From Clostridia bacterium (lineage in GTDB: Bacteria > Bacillota > Clostridia > Oscillospirales > CAG-272), in contig JAFTUB010000142.1 of the NCBI GenBank assembly GCA_017466495.1, forward strand, positions 1 to 32,468: a stretch of 32,468 nucleotides of DNA, read 5' to 3'. Positions 1 to 7,907 of this stretch are shown here, piece by piece; position 1 is the first letter of the stretch, and the number at the start of each line of letters is the position of its first letter. The notes under the pieces were generated by a model. It was not told where the DNA came from and did not search any database. It worked only from the letters and a program-made list of their open reading frames with translations. Position numbers and translations under genes: made by a program.

Positions 1-159
1 CGGCGGCTGATATTCGAATGAATCATTGTGGTAACGAATCGCCAACGAAACGCACACTGCCCCCACAGCCAGCAGAACCGCCAATACAATGATGCACAAA
101 ACGATAAAAATCACCTTCAGCGGTTTTACCGTTTTTCCTGATTGTTTGGTTTTTTTCAA
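1..159 (-). CDS. partial CDS (N-terminus only, runs off the left edge): signal-anchored membrane protein, function unassigned
   Basis: Absent from the ORF track because it is open-ended. Reverse-strand TTG at 159-157 lies 6 nt after GGAGG (170-166). Translation MKKTKQSGKTVKPLKVIFIVLCIIVLAVLLAVGAVCVSLAIRYHNDSFEYQPP stays open to position 1. It has a basic N-terminus followed by one hydrophobic helix. Confidence 0.35.
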   Translation of the reverse strand, partial: MKKTKQSGKTVKPLKVIFIVLCIIVLAVLLAVGAVCVSLAIRYHNDSFEYQPP

Positions 160-196
160 GGAGTGCCTCCTGAGCTTTGCTTAAACATGATATGAC

Positions 197-664
197 TCAC
201 TTCTTTTTTGCCGTCCTCCGCAAAAAAGCGTAGGTCCGCCAAATAAAGGGTCTGAAGATTCGCGTGGGATACCAGATTGCGCGGAGAATACGGGACCGCA
301 TGCTGTCCGGAAGGATTTCACGGCCATCCCGCGAGATGGAGATCACCTCGGCGAGCACCTGATCACGGCAAACGGATTCGCACCATTTCTGCGCGTCTCC
401 GTTTACCAACAGCCTGCCGTCGGGATAAATCCTGCGAATGCGGTGAAGCACAAATTCTCCGTTTTTTCTGCGGAAAAAGATAATCTTGCCCCGGTGTAAT
501 TGATCGGTTTGACGAAGCCGGACGGTGTCCCTGCCCTCCTTCAGGAAGGGCATCATACTCGATCCGGTCACCACGAGGGGAAAAACAGCACCGGTGGAAA
601 GAATTTCCGCAAGTGCCTCGGCATCCCGCAGGGCATCAATGGTGTGAATTTTGATCTCTCGCAT
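197..664 (-). CDS. S24/S26-clan peptidase-like protein (possibly SipW/Sec11-like Ser-His type)
   Basis: 155-aa ORF with a GSSMMPF motif (nucleophile-Ser box of S24/S26 peptidases). A later VLHRIRRIYPDGRLLVNGD block resembles the S26 KR-x-G-x-PGD box but has His where the general-base Lys normally sits. GGAG lies 5 nt upstream of ATG 664. No N-terminal TM helix is visible. Confidence 0.6.
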   Translation of the reverse strand: MREIKIHTIDALRDAEALAEILSTGAVFPLVVTGSSMMPFLKEGRDTVRLRQTDQLHRGKIIFFRRKNGEFVLHRIRRIYPDGRLLVNGDAQKWCESVCRDQVLAEVISISRDGREILPDSMRSRILRAIWYPTRIFRPFIWRTYAFLRRTAKKK

Positions 665-720
665 AAAACTCCGAATGCCCGCGTAATATCGGTGAATACT
701 ACGCAGGCAAATTTGATGGA

Positions 721-2277
721 TTACTGATCGGTTTCGGGGGTAGATTTTTCGCGGCGGCTGTGTTTCTTTTTCCGGCGCTTGTCCTTGTTCTCTCCGTAGC
801 CATAGCCATAGCCGTAACCATAGCCATAACCGTAGCCGTAGCCATAACCGTACCGGTATCCGTAACCGTACCGCCCGTATTTACCGTAGTTGACAAAACC
901 GTTGGACGTGCCGTTCAGGATACAGCCCAGGATGGAAGCACCGGATGCCTGAAGCATGTCGATGGCATTCTGAATGCGGGAAATACGGATAGTATCCTGT
1001 TTGACGGTCAGGATAGCGGTATCCGCCACTGCGGCAAACACCGTCGGTGCCGAAGTCAAGCCGATGGGAGAAGTATCGATGATGATATAGTCGCAGCCGC
1101 CGCGGAGATCGTTGAAAATCCCCGACAGGTAGTCATAGTTGAGAACTTCCCACAGGTGATTGGTGCTTACGTTGAACTGCATGACCACCAAGGGAATGTT
1201 TTCGTCGAGCGTCAGTCTGGACAGGCTGATGCGCTGCTTATTGTTGACCTCTTTGCTCTCTTCATCGCAGCCGATGCGCTGCGCAACGCTGGGGTTATGC
1301 AGGTCCCCATCCACAATGACGACCTTTTTGTTCATCTTCGCGAGGGAGATCGCCAGGTTCACCGCAACCGAGGTCTTGCCTTCGGCGGGGGCTGTGCTGG
1401 TCACAAGAATAACCTTCTTGTCCCCCAGTGCGCTGACAATGGAATTCCGGCAGTCCCGGAAAGACTCGAGATATCCGTCACTTACCATGGGATTGGTGAT
1501 CAGGATATCGCGGTTGATCTCCTTGCGGTACTTTTTGAAGGCAACCTCAGGAAGGGTGCCGAGGCAGTGCTGATTGAGCTTTAGGCGAATATCCTTCCGG
1601 CTCCGGATGGTACGGCGCATGGTTGCGTAGAAGAAGATCCAAACAACGCCGAGCACAAGACCGATTACTGCGCCCTTGAATATATGGCTCCAGCCGTTGA
1701 ATTGGTTATAGGGTGCATCCGGGACCCGGGGCTGATTGAAAATATGGAGATCTACATTTCCGATGACATATTCCGCAACGGTAGGATAATTCTTGATCAC
1801 CGACTGCAGCACATCATAGGTTGCCTGCGGGTCGCCTCCGGTTGCTGTGACGGTAAACATATTGGTCCCCGGTACCGATGTGGACGCCAGGGCACAGGGG
1901 ATATACGGAATGCCGAGGTCTGTGCAGATGATATCATTCAGAATTCTGCTCTTCATAATGCTCGGGAAGGTAGAGGCGAGCTGAACGGCGGTAGTACGGT
2001 TGTAAGAAAAGGAATAAGAGGTAATCCCCATATTGGATGCCCCCAACTCCTGGGTCTGAACCGTGAACGTGACCGACGACTGATACACCGGCACGAACCG
2101 CGCGTGGTTCCTGCAGAACAGAATCGCCGCACCGGCAATCATCAATATCAAGCAAAGCCACCAGAATTTCCGAACCGCTTTGATGATATCCGGCAGACGT
2201 ATTTCCAAAAGGTCATCGCGCTCTGCGGATGTGCCCGAGATTTCTTTGGTTGTCATTTTTTCCTTCATTTTTGTCAC
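721..2277 (-). CDS. fused Wzz-like transmembrane modulator / BY-type protein-tyrosine autokinase (paralogue 2, YG-repeat tail)
   Basis: 518-aa ORF. N-half: TM helix (FWWLCLILMIAGAAILF), a long loop, then a second TM (GAVIGLVLGVVWIFFYA), giving Wzz/CpsC topology. C-half: Walker A TSTAPAEGKTS, Walker A-prime VVIVDGDLHNP and Walker B YIIIDTSP, as in CpsD/CapB/Wzc kinases, followed by a Tyr-rich tail. The start is uncertain: GTG 2277, ATG 2268, or ATG 2256 (the last follows AAGGAA). Confidence 0.85.
   Translation of the reverse strand: MTKMKEKMTTKEISGTSAERDDLLEIRLPDIIKAVRKFWWLCLILMIAGAAILFCRNHARFVPVYQSSVTFTVQTQELGASNMGITSYSFSYNRTTAVQLASTFPSIMKSRILNDIICTDLGIPYIPCALASTSVPGTNMFTVTATGGDPQATYDVLQSVIKNYPTVAEYVIGNVDLHIFNQPRVPDAPYNQFNGWSHIFKGAVIGLVLGVVWIFFYATMRRTIRSRKDIRLKLNQHCLGTLPEVAFKKYRKEINRDILITNPMVSDGYLESFRDCRNSIVSALGDKKVILVTSTAPAEGKTSVAVNLAISLAKMNKKVVIVDGDLHNPSVAQRIGCDEESKEVNNKQRISLSRLTLDENIPLVVMQFNVSTNHLWEVLNYDYLSGIFNDLRGGCDYIIIDTSPIGLTSAPTVFAAVADTAILTVKQDTIRISRIQNAIDMLQASGASILGCILNGTSNGFVNYGKYGRYGYGYRYGYGYGYGYGYGYGYGYGYGENKDKRRKKKHSRREKSTPETDQ
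793..888 (-). repeat. imperfect hexanucleotide (TAY-GGN) tandem repeat encoding the YG-repeat tyrosine cluster of the kinase
   Basis: Read codon by codon on the reverse strand: N-YG-K-YG-R-YG-YG-Y-R-(YG)x10-E. That is 15 Tyr in about 31 residues. The units vary in synonymous positions (GTAGCC/ATAGCC/GTAACC/ATAACC on the + strand). Confidence 0.9.
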
Positions 2278-2288
2278 CGTAATCGTGC

Positions 2289-3761
2289 TTATTCATTGGG
2301 AGTGTCGTCTTCATGGGCGCGGGGGGCGTATCTGTCGTACCTTCTGTAGGCGCCGCCGGCTTTGCCGTAATATCCCGTCTCATCAAGACCGAACTGAGAA
2401 AACAGTGCAAATTCCCGATGTACCGCATTGAGTACGCATCCCACAAACGTATCGGTTTTTTCCTTCAGGGACAGGATCGCATCGTTGATGTCGGCCGCAT
2501 ACACATAGTCGGTACGGAGGACAACAATGGATTTGTCCACGAACCGCATAAATGTGGTCACATCGGCGGCAACCGAAAGCGGAGGCGTATCGATGAGAAC
2601 ATAATCGTAGTCCATCTCGTTGCGGATCTTATCCAGCATCGAGTGTGCGGTATAGTTGTGAATCCAATGCACATAGTCGCTGTGGCTGGAGAAGTTGACC
2701 ATCAGGTCGATCCCCGTCTTCAGGTAAGGCCGGGGGGCATACTGTTCCATTCCAACCTTCCCCGCGAGGAGGGACGCAAAATCGTGCTCACCTGTGTTCG
2801 GGAGGCTGAAAATCTTATGGACAGCGGGTTTCTTGAAGTCCATATCCAGCAGGGCGACGCGGTGACCGCGCTCTGCCAGGGCAAGGGCGATATTGGCGAT
2901 TGTGGTGGACTTTCCTTCGTTCTCTGCCAGAGAGGTCACCAGAAAAACCTTGCCGTGCTCGGTTCGGTTGATGTATTCGATGCGATTCGCGATTTTGTGG
3001 TAATTCTCGGTAAACTGATAGCTGATATAGGCGTTGTTGATCAGAAGCGGAGCCTTTTTTCCGGCAAGCACATCACGAAGAGAGCGCTTGCTTCTTTCGT
3101 ACAGGACGGTTCCGAACAGCTTGGAATCCACCTTTTCCTTGAAGGCTTTTTCATCTTTGACCGTGGCACGGGGGACCGACCGATACACGATCAACGCCAG
3201 CACCGCCGCCGAACAGCCAAGCACGATCAGCGTTCGGTTGCCATCCGAGATAGTGTTGGATGGGGCTGTGGGGAAGTTGGGCGCGCGCATGATGTCAATG
3301 ACGGAATCGGAGAAAACCGCCTCGGAGATCTGCGGATAGATCTCAAGGATAGCGCAAAGCTCAGTATAGGACAACGCCGGGGAGGATGTGGTCACACTGA
3401 CGGTGAATATATTGGTATTGTCCAGTACAGAGGAAGATACGCTGCCCACAAAGCGATCGGTCTTCATATGCGCTGCGGCATATTCCTTCATCGTCTGCTG
3501 CTTAAAGACTTCGGTATAGATCTTGGCCATTTCAGAAGACGAGGCAAGGTTGGTATACGAGTAGGAAGCTGCATTTCTGACATTCACAATCAGCGTTGCG
3601 GTACTGGTATACATGGGGGTATACATACTCTGATTCCAGATGTGTACCGACATCAAGCCGATAAGTGCTGCCAGTACAATCACCCATAAATTCATGACAA
3701 TATCCCGTATCAGGCTGTACGGCTCAATATGAATCCTGTTTTGCTTTTCGTGTTCGTTCAC
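2289..3761 (-). CDS. fused Wzz-like transmembrane modulator / BY-type protein-tyrosine autokinase (paralogue 1)
   Basis: 490-aa ORF with a GTG start. It has the same two-TM N-half (LWVIVLAALIGLMSV ... LIVLGCSAAVLALIVY). The P-loop C-half carries Walker A TSLAENEGKST, A-prime VALLDMDFKKP and Walker B YVLIDTPP. The C-terminal Tyr cluster is GYYGKAGGAYRRYDRY. Confidence 0.8.
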   Translation of the reverse strand: MNEHEKQNRIHIEPYSLIRDIVMNLWVIVLAALIGLMSVHIWNQSMYTPMYTSTATLIVNVRNAASYSYTNLASSSEMAKIYTEVFKQQTMKEYAAAHMKTDRFVGSVSSSVLDNTNIFTVSVTTSSPALSYTELCAILEIYPQISEAVFSDSVIDIMRAPNFPTAPSNTISDGNRTLIVLGCSAAVLALIVYRSVPRATVKDEKAFKEKVDSKLFGTVLYERSKRSLRDVLAGKKAPLLINNAYISYQFTENYHKIANRIEYINRTEHGKVFLVTSLAENEGKSTTIANIALALAERGHRVALLDMDFKKPAVHKIFSLPNTGEHDFASLLAGKVGMEQYAPRPYLKTGIDLMVNFSSHSDYVHWIHNYTAHSMLDKIRNEMDYDYVLIDTPPLSVAADVTTFMRFVDKSIVVLRTDYVYAADINDAILSLKEKTDTFVGCVLNAVHREFALFSQFGLDETGYYGKAGGAYRRYDRYAPRAHEDDTPNE

Positions 3762-3801
3762 TTGCTATATCATCCAATCCAGTTAGAATTTTGGGGGGCA
3801 G

Positions 3802-4614
3802 TCATCTGACAATGATCAGCAGAATCTCATGGCCCACCCGGCCCATGCTGTCCGAGACCCGGTAATGAACCTCGTACATCCCGGGGGCGGAGGGATCAAA
3901 ATTGGTGTCGATATTGATCTGTCCCGTGAGATCGGTTCCGTCAGCACTGACAGCGGAGAGCACATTGCCCAAGATGTCATACTCTTCGCCGACCCCAAGA
4001 TAGACCATGTACTCGTTCAGTTCAATCTCCGGCCCGGACAGACTGCTTTCCTCCACATAAACGGGGAACTGCTGGACGATCATATCGCCCTTGCTGTTGC
4101 TCACCTTTGCGGAAATGTAGTACACAGCGGCAATATTGGCGGTATACTCATTCGCAGTGACAATCACCTTGCTGCTGATATCTCCGTCAATGCTGTCCAC
4201 GGCACCGAGAACGCTGCGGATGTTGATGTTCTGGGAAATGTTGAAGACCAGCGAATCCGACAGTTGGAATCTTGGCAGCGTATAGTTGGCATAGACGATC
4301 GTTCGGGTCGCAGATGCGACATGATTATCGCTGTCGCACACGGCGTATTTCACCACCGAGGTGCCGGGCTTGACAAACCGGGAAATCGACTCGACGATGA
4401 TCTTATCGGTAATATCGCCATCCTTTTCGTCGTGAGCGGTGACGCCCTGCAGCAGGTCTTCTGTTTTCACATCGAGACCGACTTCCAGGACACCGTCCGG
4501 GATGGCAATCTGCGGTACTGTCTTGTCAACGCTCAGCTGTTGGAATTGAAAGAGAATGAAGATGACAAGAACAACGATGAATAAGGATGTCACACAAAAA
4601 CGGAGAATTTTCAT
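3802..4614 (-). CDS. membrane-anchored protein with three bacterial Ig-like (DUF5011-type) repeats
   Basis: 270-aa ORF with an N-terminal hydrophobic anchor (VTSLFIVVLVIFILF). Three repeats of about 80 aa follow, each with a D-x-x-DGD-I-x-x-K-[IV]-like signature (HDEKDGDITDKIIV, VDSIDGDISSKVIV, VSADGTDLTGQINI). Confidence 0.6.
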   Translation of the reverse strand: MKILRFCVTSLFIVVLVIFILFQFQQLSVDKTVPQIAIPDGVLEVGLDVKTEDLLQGVTAHDEKDGDITDKIIVESISRFVKPGTSVVKYAVCDSDNHVASATRTIVYANYTLPRFQLSDSLVFNISQNINIRSVLGAVDSIDGDISSKVIVTANEYTANIAAVYYISAKVSNSKGDMIVQQFPVYVEESSLSGPEIELNEYMVYLGVGEEYDILGNVLSAVSADGTDLTGQINIDTNFDPSAPGMYEVHYRVSDSMGRVGHEILLIIVR

Positions 4615-4664
4615 TTATACTTGATCGCTCCCATCTGAAACATATACAGAACGGTATTGGTGGA

Positions 4665-5393
4665 TTAATGGCCGTAGGAATGGATCGCTCGGTTTGCCGC
4701 GACCTTGGCCGGGTTGACCAGCATAAGGTGATCGGCATAATCGATGGAATACTGCTCGCTGATGAATGCGTGCACATTGCGCAGGCTGGGGGATCTTCCG
4801 TACGGACTGTGGGCATCACTGGCAACAAAATCCGCCAGATAGTGATCCAACAGATATGCGGCGGTCCGCATGGCGTCCATGCCGAAGAAGCCCTTGAGAC
4901 TTCCTTTGTTGATTTGAAGGAGCGCGCCGGCTGCTTTCAATTTCCCTGCAAGAAAAACATCCTCGGCAATGGCAGCATAGCGTTCGGGATGCGCAATAAT
5001 GGGGATCAGCCCACCCGCACGCAGACGGGAAACCGCATCGCTCAAAATGCGCGTATGCGCCGTGGGAACGAATTCGACAAGCGTATACGGCGTTTTGTTG
5101 ATGGTAACGGGATAGCCGTTTTCCACATCGCGAATCTGCCGCACATAATTTTCGGTCAGATAGACCTCCTGCCCGAGATAGAGGGCGATGGGAATCCTGC
5201 GCGCCGTGATTTCTTTCTTCAGTTCCCTGAAGGCATTAACCAGTGTGCCGTACGAATACGGACCGCTGTGGGGAGTGCAGATAATTCCCCGCGTACCGTT
5301 CTCAAAGGCGGATTGTGCCATCATCAGGCTGTCGTCAATCGAGAAGGCCCCATCATCCAGACCGGGGAGAATATGACAATGGATATCGATCAT
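4665..5393 (-). CDS. PHP-family Mn-dependent protein-tyrosine phosphatase (CpsB/YwqE/CapC type)
   Basis: Start moved inward to ATG 5393, which follows AAAGGAGAA (5410-5402). MIDIHCHILPGLDDG, CTPH, IIAHPERY and VASDAHS match the conserved metal-binding motifs of CpsB-type phosphatases. Confidence 0.85.
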   Translation of the reverse strand: MIDIHCHILPGLDDGAFSIDDSLMMAQSAFENGTRGIICTPHSGPYSYGTLVNAFRELKKEITARRIPIALYLGQEVYLTENYVRQIRDVENGYPVTINKTPYTLVEFVPTAHTRILSDAVSRLRAGGLIPIIAHPERYAAIAEDVFLAGKLKAAGALLQINKGSLKGFFGMDAMRTAAYLLDHYLADFVASDAHSPYGRSPSLRNVHAFISEQYSIDYADHLMLVNPAKVAANRAIHSYGH

Positions 5394-5591
5394 CACGTCG
5401 GTTCTCCTTTCCCCGGCACTGCGTAATGTATCCAAGAGAGCAGATTGCGCATGTCAGGATCTCACTCATTTGCCTATCCGATCAATCCCGCAATTTGCTC
5501 ATTTTCCCATATCGGGTTCCTTCGGCAAACAGGTCGATTTTCGTGTTATTTCCCCGTTTTCCGAACCTTCCCCCATTTTATCGTCGATAAT

Positions 5592-5620
5592 ATTGTACAT
5601 CAATTCTTCATAATTGTCAA
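5592..5620 (-). promoter_or_regulatory. sigma-A type promoter for the phosphatase/kinase operon
   Basis: Reverse strand: TTGACA (5620-5615), 17 nt, TACAAT (5597-5592). This implies a leader of roughly 190 nt before ATG 5393. Confidence 0.5.
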
Positions 5621-5783
5621 TACTTTATGCCAATATGAAGGGAATTCCATCTTCGGCGTTTTTGCCGCCGTTTTGCGTTTTTCGTCCATGTCAATTCGGT
5701 TCCGGATTATCATAAAAGCCAAAGAATCCCCCCATGGGATGAAGGACCATTCCCTTCCGCCGCCGATACAGCAGACGACGCAG

Positions 5784-5830
5784 AACGGGGTGCCGCGCTG
5801 ACTCGCGCGGCACCCCGTTGGGTTTGTTTT
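5784..5830 (+). terminator. strong GC-rich hairpin with a T-tract on the + strand (orphan orientation)
   Basis: AACGGGGTGCCGCGC (5784-5798), loop TGACTC, GCGCGGCACCCCGTT (5805-5819): a perfect 15-bp stem followed by GGGTTTGTTTT. It lies downstream of the minus-strand catalase gene, but the U-tract is on the + strand. Confidence 0.5.
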
Positions 5831-5877
5831 GACGGTGGGAACACCGCCCTGCTGCAGACGGTGCGGTCTGCAGATTT

Positions 5878-6540
5878 TCATCTGAACGCCGGTGCGTGGG
5901 TTTCCTCGGCGGCAAAGGCATTGGGCCCGGGATTCGACATAGAGAAATACATCCTGGCAGCCTTGGTGGTGCCGAAGTCACGGTTGGAGCCGGTATCCTG
6001 CACCCGATTGAAGGCATCCCGGAACATCTGATTGTGGGCCTCCTCGCGGTTGAGCAGGAAATCAATGGTCTCCCTCACCTTCTTATCCTCGATCTGCCGG
6101 TAGAGATACTCGTACACCACCTTGGCCCTCTGCTCGGATGCGATATTGGACAGCAGGTCGGCACAGAGGTCGCCGGTGACGGTGACGTAGTCGGCCGTCC
6201 AGGAATAGCCCGAGGCGTTGATCAGCCCGGGATTGAGGCCCAGCAGAACATGGGTCTGCACCTCCCCCGCCTGAACGCTTGCGGCATCCACGTCATGACC
6301 GTTGAGGAGATTGATGGTCTGCGCCACCATTTCCATATGCCCCAGCTCCTCAGCGGCGATATCAAGGAAAAGATCCTTGATCTCGGGGTCCTTGATCCGG
6401 AAGCTTTGGGACATATACTGCATGGCCGCCTTCAACTCGCCGTTGCCGCCCCCCAGCTGCTCCTGCAGAAGCACCGCGTACTGGGGATTGGGCCGTTCCA
6501 CCTCCACCGGGTGAAAGAGCATTTTTTCGTGTTTGAACAT
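5878..6540 (-). CDS. manganese catalase family protein (short CotJC/YdbD-like form)
   Basis: 220-aa ORF. MFKHEKMLFHPVEVERPNPQYAVLLQEQLGGGNGELKAAMQYMSQSF and EELGHMEMV match the di-Mn catalase N-terminal and E-x-x-H ligand motifs. Confidence 0.85.
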   Translation of the reverse strand: MFKHEKMLFHPVEVERPNPQYAVLLQEQLGGGNGELKAAMQYMSQSFRIKDPEIKDLFLDIAAEELGHMEMVAQTINLLNGHDVDAASVQAGEVQTHVLLGLNPGLINASGYSWTADYVTVTGDLCADLLSNIASEQRAKVVYEYLYRQIEDKKVRETIDFLLNREEAHNQMFRDAFNRVQDTGSNRDFGTTKAARMYFSMSNPGPNAFAAEETHAPAFR

Positions 6541-6608
6541 GAGAAATATTGACCTCCCTTTATGGATTTGTATCTATTCTTTCCCATCAGCGGCTGAAGT
6601 ATACTTCT

Positions 6609-7907
6609 CTACATGGGTTTGTCATCTGTGGCGGGGTTGTCGAGCAGCTCACCATTCTCGGTAAATCGGGAACCGTGACAGGGGCAGTCCCAGCTGTGCT
6701 CGGCACGGTTGTATTTGAGGGCGCAGCCAAGATGGGGACATCGAGGCACGGTAGGGGTGAGCAATCCTGCCAGGGATTCCATGGCGTTGACGGCCAGCTG
6801 GGGGCGGAGAATGCTTCGGGAGGGGGAAAACAGAGCCGCACAGGGGTTCTCCTTCCCCTGCACCAGGTCGCAGAGAATATCGGCGGCGGCCATGGCCTGG
6901 GTCATGCCCCATTTATTGAAGCCCGTCGCCACAAACAGATGGGGGGTAAACCGGGCATACCGCCCGATATAGGGCATTCCGTCCAGGGTCATGCAGTCCT
7001 GGGTGGCCCAGCGGTCTGCGATCTCGGCCCCGGGATAGTGCTCTGCCGCAAAGGCCTCCAGCTCCTGCCAGCATCCCCCCTGCTTTCCCGTGCGATGACC
7101 GCCCCCGCCGAGAAGCAGGAGGTCACCCCAGGCGCGGAAGGACAACCCGGTGTCGGCCTCGTCCACATACATCCCGTCGGGAATCTGCGCTCCGCGCAGG
7201 GCAAGGACATAGGAACGGTGCTGATAGAGCTTGAGAAAATAGCACCCGTGCTTGTTGAGCATGGGAAAATGGGTGGCCACAATGAGGGAATTGTATGCGA
7301 TCTCCCCCCGGTTGGTAACCGCCCGGTTGGGCTTCAGTTCCACCACCCGGGTTCGCTCGTGAATGGGCAGATCCCCGGCAATGGCGTACAGAAATTTCAG
7401 GGGATGAAACTGGGCCTGGTCCCGCACCCGCACCGCACCCGCCACCGGAAATGGGAGTCCGGGGGCGTCAGACAGTTCGGCCTTCACGCCGAGGCGGTTG
7501 AGGGCGGCCACCTCCTCCTCGATTTTCTTCCGGTCGCGGAGGGAATAGACATAGGAATCCCTCTTCTCGTAGTCGCAGTCAATGTCCCGGCAAAGCGCGG
7601 CGTAGGCCTTCGCCGCCTTGATCTGGGCCGACACATAAATGCGGGCCTTGTCCTCGCCGAAGCGGCGGATCAAGTCGCGATAGATCAGCCCGTGACTCAG
7701 GGTGATCTTGGCGGTAGTGTTTTTGGTGATCCCCCCACAGATCTCATCGGCCTCCACCAGCATACAGTCCACCCCGGCCCCTTTGAGCCGATGAGCGCAC
7801 AGAATCCCCGCGATGCCGCCCCCGATGATCAGCACATCGGTGCGCATATTCCCGTGCGCCGGGGGAAAATGCACCCGCTCTGCCGACGCTTCCCAAACCA
7901 TACTCAT
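6609..7907 (-). CDS. FAD-dependent oxidoreductase with a C-terminal Rieske [2Fe-2S] domain (YhfW-like architecture)
   Basis: Start moved to ATG 7907, which follows GGAGGTG. DVLIIGGGIAGILCA is the dinucleotide-binding GxGxxG. The C-terminal CPHLGC-x17-CPCHGS is a Rieske C-x-H ... C-x-x-H motif. Confidence 0.8.
   Translation of the reverse strand: MSMVWEASAERVHFPPAHGNMRTDVLIIGGGIAGILCAHRLKGAGVDCMLVEADEICGGITKNTTAKITLSHGLIYRDLIRRFGEDKARIYVSAQIKAAKAYAALCRDIDCDYEKRDSYVYSLRDRKKIEEEVAALNRLGVKAELSDAPGLPFPVAGAVRVRDQAQFHPLKFLYAIAGDLPIHERTRVVELKPNRAVTNRGEIAYNSLIVATHFPMLNKHGCYFLKLYQHRSYVLALRGAQIPDGMYVDEADTGLSFRAWGDLLLLGGGGHRTGKQGGCWQELEAFAAEHYPGAEIADRWATQDCMTLDGMPYIGRYARFTPHLFVATGFNKWGMTQAMAAADILCDLVQGKENPCAALFSPSRSILRPQLAVNAMESLAGLLTPTVPRCPHLGCALKYNRAEHSWDCPCHGSRFTENGELLDNPATDDKPM

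Noticed and set aside
5394-5585. A c-di-GMP or other known riboswitch in the 190-nt leader of the phosphatase/kinase operon.
   Set aside because: I could not match the conserved cores of the GEMM-I/II or other classes by eye. The region is kept only as an unexplained long leader in the findings.
5445-5801. The 118-aa + strand ORF in the catalase/phosphatase intergenic region, and the 93/124-aa minus-strand ORFs at 5600-6065.
   Set aside because: They have no RBS, they run through promoter and terminator hairpins, and they show no recognisable motif.
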